64,000 nt of DNA from Vampirovibrio chlorellavorus. GTDB taxonomy: Bacteria; Cyanobacteriota; Vampirovibrionia; Vampirovibrionales; Vampirovibrionaceae. The notes beneath the pieces are model-generated. The model searched no databases and was not told where the DNA came from. It saw only the letters and a program-made list of their open reading frames with translations. Positions 39,045-47,239 of this stretch are shown in pieces. Every line of letters starts with the position of its first letter. Positions within the stretch are counted from its first letter, which is position 1. Location: the NCBI GenBank assembly GCA_001858525.1, contig LAPX01000008.1:78138-142137 (forward strand), read 5' to 3'. Made by a program: the position numbers and the translations under genes.

Positions 39045-40076
39045 CTAGTCGGTGATTCCCAAAGCCCGAATGGCTATTTCCTCGACCAGAGCAACATTTT
39101 CGTCATTCGAAAAAACGACAACCGTAAGTGGTAAGTCGCCCCGATAGACCGTGCAAGCGCAAGCCGATGAGCCTGGGCCTCCACCGGTATGGCCATAAAT
39201 ATTTCCTATTGGATAACCGCTATCGACTTGTAATCCTAAGCCATAACCCGGCTTTCGCCAAGGGCGATTTGGCATTGGCGCAACCATAATTGGCCTCATC
39301 ATCTCCTGCAAAAGTAGCTCAGGCAGCAAGATACCTGTAAACAAGGCCTGGTAGAAACGGATAATCTCATTTGCTGAAGCCGCTATGACACCTGTGGCAA
39401 CCCAACGCGGATCGTAATGTTCATACGTATTCAATGGTTGTTCCTTACTACCCAGGTAAGGGCTTGGGCCTAGTAGAACACTCCCTAAATCTGCACGACT
39501 GCCGACGAGGAAGACCTGTTCCAGTCTGAGGGGTTCAAAAATTTCATTTTTTAAAATCTCAGCCAGAGAGCAGGCCCTCACAGATTCCATAAGATGGCCT
39601 AACAGCATATAGCCGACATTGGAGTAGGAAAACTGTTGACCGGGTTCAGAACGGAGCTGGTTAACCTTTGTCTTGCACAGAAATTCTTCAGGCGTCCAGG
39701 GCGTATCTCCTCGACGAACAGCCTCATGATACTCTTGCAAAGGACCATAATCAGGCAAACCACTGGTGTGTTGAAGGAGTTGCCGTAAGGTTATACGGTC
39801 TGCATTTGGAAAACGAGGCAACCAGCGCATAATAGGAGCATCCAGCGCCAGTTCTCCAGCAGTGACTAAACGAAGCGCTACTGCTGCGATGAAAGATTTT
39901 GTCAAGCTATAGATCAGAAACTTTGCACCTGGAATAGACTTCTCGTTTTCAGAAGTCTGTCCTGCAGCCAATACCTCTGTCATGCCTGCAAAATAACGAG
40001 CAACAACAATCTGGGCAGGATAAGTATCATAGCAATCACCCAGAGCATCTCTTACCGCTTGTTCTAACGTATCCAT
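39045..40076 (-). CDS. serine hydrolase, beta-lactamase (class C / PBP4*-like) family
   Basis: SxxK (YSLTKSF), YxN (YSNVGY) and H/KTG (GHTGGG) boxes. Start placed at ATG 40076 (MDTLEQAV...); the ORF opens at 40157. No signal peptide from this start. Confidence 0.8.
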   Translation of the reverse strand: MDTLEQAVRDALGDCYDTYPAQIVVARYFAGMTEVLAAGQTSENEKSIPGAKFLIYSLTKSFIAAVALRLVTAGELALDAPIMRWLPRFPNADRITLRQLLQHTSGLPDYGPLQEYHEAVRRGDTPWTPEEFLCKTKVNQLRSEPGQQFSYSNVGYMLLGHLMESVRACSLAEILKNEIFEPLRLEQVFLVGSRADLGSVLLGPSPYLGSKEQPLNTYEHYDPRWVATGVIAASANEIIRFYQALFTGILLPELLLQEMMRPIMVAPMPNRPWRKPGYGLGLQVDSGYPIGNIYGHTGGGPGSSACACTVYRGDLPLTVVVFSNDENVALVEEIAIRALGITD

Positions 40077-40475
40077 CAAAATAGTTTGGCATATTTTAGA
40101 AAAGTGATGTATGAGCTTACCCGCACAGCAGTGCCCCCAACGGCTCGGTAAGCACAAGAGAATGTTCTACTAGCTTCGAGAGCCATCCTGCCAACCTCAC
40201 CATTCAGATTTGAAAAAACGCTTCCTGTGAAGATTTTTTTATTGTTGATCAAAAAGCCCTCCAGAGAGTTAGCCTTAACGTACGGCTCTCTTTTGTATGA
40301 AACGCATAGGGAAGAATCTATAATCCAGCGAGTCTCGGGAGTATTCAGAGACGGAAAACTCTAGGACGGACGGCCTGAAAAACGACTTGAAAACGGTACT
40401 AATTAAGAAATGTAAACATCCAGTACCATAAGCTAAAGTTCCAGTAACAACAGACGAAGTTATGAATAGAGCATA

Positions 40476-41129
40476 ATGTTGGGAGTGTTGTTCTCTGTGT
40501 CCTCTTCCCCAAAAAATCTGCGAAAATCTGCAACCCAACTGCGCAAAGGCTTTACCCTGGCCGAGTTGCTGATTTCTCTGGCCATACTGGGGGTGATTGC
40601 CACCTTTACCATCCCCAAAATATTGATCAGCCAGCAAAATAGCCAGAACGTGGCCAAGGCCAAAGAAGCGGTTGCCATGGTTTCAGAAGCCTATATCAAG
40701 TTCAAGGCGGAGAATACGGTCACTACAAGCTTCAATATAAGCTCTTTAACGCCCTATATGAATTATGTAAGGGAGGACACTACCTCCAGTATTGATTATA
40801 CTCCCGGCTTCGCCTCGTTTAGCTGTAGTGCTTTCATTCCCTGTCTGAAGTTGCATGATGGTGCTATGTTTGCCTATGGTGCCACTGATCGATTTTGCGG
40901 CCTGGATAACACAGGTGCTGTATTTTTTTATGTTGATCCGGATGGCGTTTACGGGAATGGGGGAACCGCAGACGGACCCAGCAAGAGCGTGGTTTTCTGG
41001 CTCTATCCTGATGGGCGCATTACCACTTTCGGCACCCTGCTCCCAGGAACTTTATCAGGGCCTTCTGGTTGTGTATCGACCTGGTTCTTCACTCCATCCT
41101 ACGATCCTTCCTGGTTTAACTGGAACTGA
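40476..41129 (+). CDS. type IV pilin / pseudopilin-like protein, paralog 1
   Basis: Prepilin cleavage/methylation motif KG|FTLAELLISLAILGVIATFTIPKIL with Glu+5. C-terminus YDPSWFNWN. The leader is long from the ATG; GTG 40497 is a possible start. Confidence 0.8.
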   Translation: MLGVLFSVSSSPKNLRKSATQLRKGFTLAELLISLAILGVIATFTIPKILISQQNSQNVAKAKEAVAMVSEAYIKFKAENTVTTSFNISSLTPYMNYVREDTTSSIDYTPGFASFSCSAFIPCLKLHDGAMFAYGATDRFCGLDNTGAVFFYVDPDGVYGNGGTADGPSKSVVFWLYPDGRITTFGTLLPGTLSGPSGCVSTWFFTPSYDPSWFNWN

Positions 41130-41144
41130 GGGTGTTTTGGAAAT

Positions 41145-41232
41145 CCGAAAAATGCCCCTCAAGTTTTTTCGCTGCTGGTCGATAGAGTCATAAAGTAGAT
41201 AACAATCCTCAGGAGTTCGGAGAATGTTCGCA
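41145..41232 (+). repeat. 88-bp direct repeat copy A (pilin 5' region, SD and first three codons)
   Basis: ccgaaaaatgcccctcaagttttttcgctgctggtcgatagagtcataaagtagataacaatcctcaggagttcggagaatgttcgca is identical to 41853-41940. Confidence 0.95.
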
Positions 41233-41835
41233 AGTTCCCGCACCCGCAAGGTTCTAACCCGTCGCCGGGGCTTTACCCTGGCCGAACTGTTAATCTCTCT
41301 AGCCATTCTGGGGGTGATTGCCACGTTTACCATCCCTAAAATTCTCTCCGCCCAACAAAATAGCCAGTACAACGCAATGAGTAAAGAAGTAATCGCCTCC
41401 ATTGCTGAGGCCTACCAGCAGCATAAGCTGGCGGGTTTACTCACCACCAGCACTAAACCGTCTGACTTTTCACAATACATGAACTATCTTTCTCTGGATA
41501 CGACAACCACCATTGATGATGGCATTGGCGCCGGTGCACAAACCTGCAACGCGACCAACAGCAAATGTGTGCGGCTGGCCAATGGGGGACTTTTGTATTT
41601 TGCCGATTGGGCCTCATTTTCGGGCTCTAGTAATTTGAGTGCGGCCCAGTTCTCCTTTGATCCCAATGGCAAGCTGGATCCCATCGGCTCTCCTCAAAAA
41701 GGAAACCTCTGGATTTTCGTTTACTACAACGGTAAAGTGACAATTTATGGCAATCTTGATCCTGGCACCTTATCCACGGACGCGATTCGAAATCCAGAGC
41801 CCTCTAGAACGCCCCCCTGGTTTAGCTGGAACTAA
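41224..41835 (+). CDS. type IV pilin / pseudopilin-like protein, paralog 2
   Basis: MFASSRTRKVLTRRRG|FTLAELLISLAILGVIATFTIPKIL. AGGAG SD. C-terminus PPWFSWN. Confidence 0.85.
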   Translation: MFASSRTRKVLTRRRGFTLAELLISLAILGVIATFTIPKILSAQQNSQYNAMSKEVIASIAEAYQQHKLAGLLTTSTKPSDFSQYMNYLSLDTTTTIDDGIGAGAQTCNATNSKCVRLANGGLLYFADWASFSGSSNLSAAQFSFDPNGKLDPIGSPQKGNLWIFVYYNGKVTIYGNLDPGTLSTDAIRNPEPSRTPPWFSWN

Positions 41836-41852
41836 CCTTGCCTTTTTAAAAA

Positions 41853-41940
41853 CCGAAAAATGCCCCTCAAGTTTTTTCGCTGCTGGTCGATAGAGTCATA
41901 AAGTAGATAACAATCCTCAGGAGTTCGGAGAATGTTCGCA
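41853..41940 (+). repeat. 88-bp direct repeat copy B
   Basis: Perfect copy of 41145-41232, placed upstream of pilin paralog 3. Confidence 0.95.
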
Positions 41941-42526
41941 GGTACCCCCCCCCCACCCCCGCAAAGTTCTAACCCGTCGCCGGGGCTTTACCCTGGCCGA
42001 GTTGCTCATTTCTCTGGCCATACTAGGGGTGATTGCCACCTTTACCATCCCTAAAATACTGGTGGCTCAACAGAATCAACAAAAAAATGCACAGGCAAAA
42101 GAAGCAGCCGCCATGATTGCAGCGGCATATGACGCTTATAAAACCCAAAACCCTGTGCCGGTTGGCTTTAAGCCTTCTGATCTGCTTCCTTACATGAATT
42201 ATGTGGCTTTAGTCACTGATGGCCGTACTGTTGACTGGACACCGTTTTATGCTGCCTTAAGTTGCACCAGTGGAGCCCCTTGCGTTATATTGCATGGTGG
42301 TGCAATCCTGAGAATGCGTGACGGCTTGCCTTTTGATGCTGTAAATTCTACAACCCCTTTAGAGTTCATTTATGACCCAGACGGGGTGTATAGCGGTTCC
42401 ACGGCTGATAGCCCCGGGAAATCCGTCCAATTTGAACTTTACTATAATGGCAAACTCACTTCCCGCGCTTTTTCCGAGCGGTATGGTACCGGGCCGTATG
42501 ATCCTTCCTGGTTTAACTGGAACTAA
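41932..42526 (+). pseudogene. type IV pilin-like paralog 3, frameshifted in the leader at a C10 tract (phase-OFF as sequenced)
   Basis: ATG 41932 (same SD and first codons as paralog 2) is out of frame by 1 nt with RRRGFTLAELLISLAILGVIATFTIPKIL (GGC TTT at 41984). Deleting one C gives MFAGTPPHPRKVLTRRRGFTLAELL. The track ORF only starts at TTG 42002, after the cleavage site. Confidence 0.7.
41945..41960 (+). repeat. homopolymeric tract C10-A-C5
   Basis: ggtaCCCCCCCCCCaCCCCCg read directly from the sequence. Confidence 0.95.
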
Positions 42527-42568
42527 CCCTAACTGGACGCAACCCTACTTGCTAGGGCCTTGTTAGCC

Positions 42569-42757
42569 TTACGCTCGTTGTTGCCCCTGTTGCTGCTTGG
42601 CTTCTTCTTCCTCTTTGGCTTTCAGCACCGCTTTCCACGGATTGCCATCCGGCAGCTCCTCTGACTTCTTTTTGGCCAAACCGGGCGGAATTTTATCACC
42701 GGGCTTGGGCTTTGCCCCTTGAGCACCTTGTGCAGGACCACCTGGACTCACTCTCAT
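42569..42757 (-). CDS. hypothetical small charged protein (62 aa)
   Basis: MRVSPGGPAQGAQGAKPKPGDKIPPGLAKKKSEELPDGNPWKAVLKAKEEEEAKQQQGQQRA. GAGAGG precedes the ATG at 42757. Low complexity, so coding status is uncertain. Confidence 0.35.
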   Translation of the reverse strand: MRVSPGGPAQGAQGAKPKPGDKIPPGLAKKKSEELPDGNPWKAVLKAKEEEEAKQQQGQQRA

Positions 42758-42846
42758 ACAACACCTCTCAACACACTTTGCTTCAAACAGTTTAATCAAC
42801 TCAATATTAAAAATAAAAACAACCCAAAGGCAGGAAATGATCCCCT

Positions 42847-42887
42847 ATAAAAAATCACCCCCTTCCGCCCGAAGACGAAAGGAGGTG
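42847..42887 (-). terminator. rho-independent terminator after the exoprotein gene
   Basis: On the minus strand: cacctcctttcg-tcttcggg-cggaagggggtg, followed by a T-run (tgatttttta). Confidence 0.6.
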
Positions 42888-42925
42888 TTGTTTTGGAGCA
42901 ACAGTTTTCAGTGCAGCTGTGCTGA

Positions 42926-44656
42926 TTACCAGTAGCCACGCACCGGAACTTTTTTCTGCGGCGGCTTCGGCTTGGGCTTCACCAGCATAATTTTAGCGGG
43001 TGGTGCTGGCGGAGGCGCCGGAGGTGTCTTTTTCTGGATGATGGGCAGCGGCGAACGGGCCAGGAAGATGGAACGGTTGTAGTTCAGCACGTTGCCCGCA
43101 TTGGGAGGCAGGGTATCGCCCAGACTGCCATACTCTTTGGGGTACAAGGGGAATAAAGGAGTTTCAGGCGGCTTGGGCGGAGGCGAGCAAGTGCCACCAC
43201 CGGCGCAAAGCGGTTTTGGGGTCACATGAATTTCACCGGGGGCCCCACAAGCACCACCGGCACCGGGCGTAGCACAACCGCAGGCGCTGCTGGTAGAGGC
43301 GTTTCCGCCTTGACCCCCACTGCCACCGTTGACGTTCACGTTGTTCAATACATCTTGTCCGGGCTCGCCGTGGAAAAAGACCTTGCCGCCGTTGCCAGCG
43401 TCGCCGCCATTACCGGCCACCGCAATTTGGTGAACCGGCTGACCTTGATAGTCGGTCTCGTTGGCCTGGGCCTCCTGGCCGTTACCGCCATTGCCACCGA
43501 CCACTTCAATGGTGCCGTTGTTGCTGATACTGGTGTTGAAAGCCACCCGGACTTCCCCACCGTTGCCACCCCGGCCGCCATTTTGACCGAGAGATACTTG
43601 CTGGTAGCTGACATTCCCGTGCTCATCCACGGTGTCGCTCACGGGGCCTTCTTCCACATTGGGATTGGTGCCGCCATTACCGCCATTGGCCGTCAACTGG
43701 CCATCGTTACTCACAGCGCTGGTATCGGAACCAAAGTTCACTACACCGCCGTTACCCCCGTTGCTGGGGCTATAACCGTTGAATCCGTTGCCACCATCGG
43801 CACTGATGCGACCGGCGTTGCTGACGCTGGTGGTTGCCACGACAGCCACAGAACCGCCATTACCGGCATCGACACCGCTGTCGCCATCGGCCCCGTTGGC
43901 CGTGACTTTTGCGTTGCTGCCCACAGCAATTTCAGAACCATAAATGCCAACCGTGCCGCCATTGCTACCGGCGCTCAGACCGTTGGCCATGACCACGCCA
44001 TCCAGATTGACAATACTGCCGGAAATCTGGATCACGTTGGCGTTGTAACCGCCCACATAATTCCCGGAAGCGTCAATGACCGCCCCGTTGGGAATGGTCA
44101 CCTGACCAGTGGCATTCAAATTAATTTGTCCGGGCAAGGCATTCACCCCGGTGGCCAAGGCCTCAATGCGAGAACCGGGGTCCACAGTCAGCTGCCCCAC
44201 GTTGATAACAATGGTTCCGCCATTTAAACCATTGGCAAAAATGTTACCGCTTTGAACCAGAGCGCCAGCGTCAATGGTGACTTTACCACCATTGCCCAAA
44301 TAAGCGCCATTGGCTCCCAGAGCCGCACTGGCATCAATGGTGCCATCAACCCGCATAACGCCACCTTGAGCGTCAAAGTGCAGGTGGCCGCCGTTTCCGG
44401 TTAAATCGCCGTTGTTGTTCACTTCCAGACCACGCACGGTGGTTCCGGCGCCCACAATAATATCGCCGTTGTTGGTGAATGTGGTTTTGTTGCCCTGGGT
44501 GTTGAAATAGGTTCCACCAGCCACGTTTTCACCGTAGTTGGTACTATTGGTATCGCCGGGAGCGGCAGTAGAAAGGGGAAGATTGGCAAGCAGCATACTG
44601 GCAGCTAGCGAAATCGCTACCGTCAGGCGGCCAGTGGGGCGGTTAAACAAAGCCAT
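42926..44656 (-). CDS. secreted Gly/Asn-rich parallel beta-helix repeat exoprotein (putative TpsA-like cargo)
   Basis: Start placed at ATG 44656 with an AAGGAG SD. Signal peptide MALFNRPTGRLTVAISLAASMLLANLPLSTAAP. Many turns end in GGNGG/NGGNGG. Cys cluster (SSACGCATPGAGGACGAPG...CAGGGTC) and a Pro/Lys-rich tail ending RGYW. Divergent from the ShlB-type gene. Confidence 0.7.
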   Translation of the reverse strand: MALFNRPTGRLTVAISLAASMLLANLPLSTAAPGDTNSTNYGENVAGGTYFNTQGNKTTFTNNGDIIVGAGTTVRGLEVNNNGDLTGNGGHLHFDAQGGVMRVDGTIDASAALGANGAYLGNGGKVTIDAGALVQSGNIFANGLNGGTIVINVGQLTVDPGSRIEALATGVNALPGQINLNATGQVTIPNGAVIDASGNYVGGYNANVIQISGSIVNLDGVVMANGLSAGSNGGTVGIYGSEIAVGSNAKVTANGADGDSGVDAGNGGSVAVVATTSVSNAGRISADGGNGFNGYSPSNGGNGGVVNFGSDTSAVSNDGQLTANGGNGGTNPNVEEGPVSDTVDEHGNVSYQQVSLGQNGGRGGNGGEVRVAFNTSISNNGTIEVVGGNGGNGQEAQANETDYQGQPVHQIAVAGNGGDAGNGGKVFFHGEPGQDVLNNVNVNGGSGGQGGNASTSSACGCATPGAGGACGAPGEIHVTPKPLCAGGGTCSPPPKPPETPLFPLYPKEYGSLGDTLPPNAGNVLNYNRSIFLARSPLPIIQKKTPPAPPPAPPAKIMLVKPKPKPPQKKVPVRGYW

Positions 44657-45080
44657 GGAAACGCATACTCCTTGAAAGTGGGTGGCCAAAAGCAGGGTGA
44701 GGATCAAAATGGAAGCTTCGAATTATTTTTAATAAGAATATTCAAGTGTGAATCATACATTAAAAATTTTGGAAGGCAACCAGTCCATGCCAAATGGCTT
44801 TGAGGCGCGCATGAGAGGGGTCTTTTTTCATTCCGAAAGATATGACTTTTGTAATGTTTCTTTGTCAAGCTATTTTTTTAATTTACTTTTAGTTTTGATT
44901 TCCTATAATACGCTAGACCTAAAAAAGTCTTTTGTTTTTTGACTCACTCATTTATCCACAGCCTCGCTTGAGTCACGCACCTTATATAGAGAAGGGTCTC
45001 CCTTTCTCAAAATCCCCTCTTTATATTTAGCCCCTTCAGTCACCAAGCTCACTCCCCCATTCAACACCCAATCCAAAAGG

Positions 45081-46946
45081 ATGCCTTCCCTTATGAGATC
45101 CGATTTACACCGCTCGGTTGTTATTCTTTCCAGTCTGCTAACCCTGCTGCCCGCTTCAGCCATGGCCCAGGTTTATCCCTCCCAAGCCAATCCGGGCTCC
45201 CTTATCGGCCCTCAAGGCGGATCGTTTTACTTTCCGGCCACCCCTTCAACCGGCGCCTCTCAGACCGCCCCGGTGCAAGAGCAGGATCCAGACGGCATTC
45301 GGGTGGAAGCACAGCCCCCCATCGTGCAAGTCACCAGCGATTTGTTTCAGGTGGACCGGGTGGATGTGGAAGGCAACACCATTGTTTCCAACGAGGAAAT
45401 GCGCCGCTTGGTGGTGGGTTACGAAGGCCGTAAACTAAGCCCCGAAGATTTGGCCCAGTTGGTACAAGGCATTAACGAGGAATACCGCAAACGGGGTTAC
45501 CTGACCTCGCTGGCCTTCATTCCCCCGCAAAATCTGGAACGGGGAGCCATCACCGTCAAGGTGCTGGAAGGCATCGTAGGCGATATGGAAGTGAGCGGTA
45601 ACAAGTACTTTAAGGCCAAGGTCATTGAAAAACGCATCAGCGAAACTCCCGGCCAACCGCTGAACATTCCCGCATTAGAGCAGGAGTTGCTGCGCATTAA
45701 CCGCCAGGAACCCTACCGGGTCAAGGCCACCCTGCTGCCGGGCGAACGCACCGGGGAAACCAAAATCCGTCTGGATGTCAAAGAGCAACAGCCCTTTCAG
45801 CTGGCTCTGACTTCCGATAACGCCGGTCGTCCCTTTATTGGGCTGTATCGCTGGGGCGCCGAATTCACCGACCGTAACGTCAGTGGCCGTGGCGATCGCT
45901 TTAACCTCCGCTACATCGGCTCCACCGGTTCCACCATTGCCTCGACCTCCTACACCTTGCCGGTGGGCAGCAAAGGCACCGAAATCAGCGGTTTGTTTGG
46001 CTTTAGCCACGTGAACGTGGATTTACGCTTGCCCAACCAGCCCGAGTTGATTGGGAATGCCTACAACTACGGCCTGTTAGTCACCCAGCCTTTGGGTAAA
46101 GAGCGGGTCTGGAGCACCGACCTGGGCCTGAACGCCCGCCGGGTCAGCAGCTTTTTTGATGGCGACAAGACCAGCACCGATGATATTCGCTCCCTGGCCC
46201 TGGGTTTAAACTTCGACAAATATGACCGCTACGGTCGTTCCTTCTCTCGCGCGCAGGTGACCCTGGCCCCCCAGTGGCTGGGTGCCAACACCAGCTTCTT
46301 CAAGCTGGAAAACTACCTGACCCGAGTGACCCGTCTGCCCAAAAACAACCTCCTGATCCTGCGGGGATACTCCCAGTGGAGTCCTGACGCTCTGCCCGCT
46401 ATCGAACAATTCCAGCTGGGCGGCATTAACAGCGTGCGTGGTTACACCCAAGGGGCCATGATTGGCGATAAAGGTTACAACATCGGTGCGGAATGGCGTT
46501 ACCCGCTACCGTTCCTCTCCAACGTCAGCCCCTGGCTGAGCGAGCGTGTGCAAGGCGCCCTGTTTGCCGATTACGGTCAGGTCTGGCGCGACAAGAGCAG
46601 CCCCTTCTACAGCAGCAGCGCCGCCACCTCCATGCTCAGCGCCGGTTTCGGATTGCGGGCCCACATCACCGATTACGCCCAGGGCTACCTGGATGTGGCC
46701 TTTGGCTTGCTGAATCGCAAGAACGAAGAACCGTTCCGCAACCAGCCCACCGCCCGGATTCACTTCGGGGTGCGTAGTGAACTGTTGCCCAACGATTACA
46801 AGAGCCGCACCGACAAGGTGACCCCCATCAAGGCCAACGCCCCTCGGGTCCGCAGTGTGGGCAATATTCAGGCTGGCGACTTGCAGACGGACATTGCTGA
46901 CCCCACGCTTGAATCCATCGATATGTTGAAACCCCGGATTCGATAG
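45081..46946 (+). CDS. ShlB/FhaC/HecB-family two-partner-secretion outer-membrane transporter (TpsB)
   Basis: 621 aa; signal peptide (SVVILSSLLTLLPASAMAQ), POTRA region (FQVDRVDVEGNTIVSNEEM...YRKRGYLTSLAFIPPQNLERGAITVKVLEGIVGDMEVSGN), then a beta-barrel. Confidence 0.85.
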   Translation: MPSLMRSDLHRSVVILSSLLTLLPASAMAQVYPSQANPGSLIGPQGGSFYFPATPSTGASQTAPVQEQDPDGIRVEAQPPIVQVTSDLFQVDRVDVEGNTIVSNEEMRRLVVGYEGRKLSPEDLAQLVQGINEEYRKRGYLTSLAFIPPQNLERGAITVKVLEGIVGDMEVSGNKYFKAKVIEKRISETPGQPLNIPALEQELLRINRQEPYRVKATLLPGERTGETKIRLDVKEQQPFQLALTSDNAGRPFIGLYRWGAEFTDRNVSGRGDRFNLRYIGSTGSTIASTSYTLPVGSKGTEISGLFGFSHVNVDLRLPNQPELIGNAYNYGLLVTQPLGKERVWSTDLGLNARRVSSFFDGDKTSTDDIRSLALGLNFDKYDRYGRSFSRAQVTLAPQWLGANTSFFKLENYLTRVTRLPKNNLLILRGYSQWSPDALPAIEQFQLGGINSVRGYTQGAMIGDKGYNIGAEWRYPLPFLSNVSPWLSERVQGALFADYGQVWRDKSSPFYSSSAATSMLSAGFGLRAHITDYAQGYLDVAFGLLNRKNEEPFRNQPTARIHFGVRSELLPNDYKSRTDKVTPIKANAPRVRSVGNIQAGDLQTDIADPTLESIDMLKPRIR

Positions 46947-46976
46947 TCAGGCTTTCCAGCCGTTTCAATCCATTTG

Positions 46977-47008
46977 CGAACCCCTGGCGCACTGTTGCCG
47001 GGGGTTTT
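46977..47008 (+). terminator. putative terminator after tpsB
   Basis: gaacccc-tggcgcactgttgcc-gggggtttt. Confidence 0.45.
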
Positions 47009-47084
47009 GCCATGGTCTGCAGTTTTTAGCTGGCTGGGCATACCCGGAATTTAAAAAGCTGATACACTGAATAAAGCGTATTTT

Positions 47085-47112
47085 TGTTTATTAATTCATA
47101 AATTAATAAACA
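47085..47112. promoter_or_regulatory. perfect 12-bp AT-rich inverted repeat (candidate operator)
   Basis: tgtttattaatt-cata-aattaataaaca, about 130 nt upstream of the aspartic protease gene. Confidence 0.35.
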
Positions 47113-47239
47113 GGCTCTCCTGAATTTGTAGGATGTACCGCTCGGCTTAAAACGAGACACTGGAAACGGGACAATAGATGCAACTGCGCATCGATTCGCC
47201 TGACATTGGGGACTAAAAAAGGGAAGTGAGGGAATTGGC

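Noticed and set aside
41170-41200. Sigma-54-type promoter (TGG..N..GC) in the duplicated pilin upstream region (ctggtcgatagagtca)
   Set aside because: The -12 element reads GT rather than GC, and the -24 context is poor. The evidence is not sufficient to call it.
43226-44227. 333-aa plus-strand ORF opposite the exoprotein gene
   Set aside because: It is the mirror frame of the GGNGG repeat gene. It has no SD, no signal and low-complexity composition. The minus-strand gene has an SD, a signal peptide and a terminator.
44895-44909. TATAAT at 44904-44909 with TTGATT at 44895-44900 as a promoter for tpsB
   Set aside because: The spacer between the two hexamers is only 3 nt. An alternative -35 (tttact, about 16 nt upstream) is weak, so no promoter is called.
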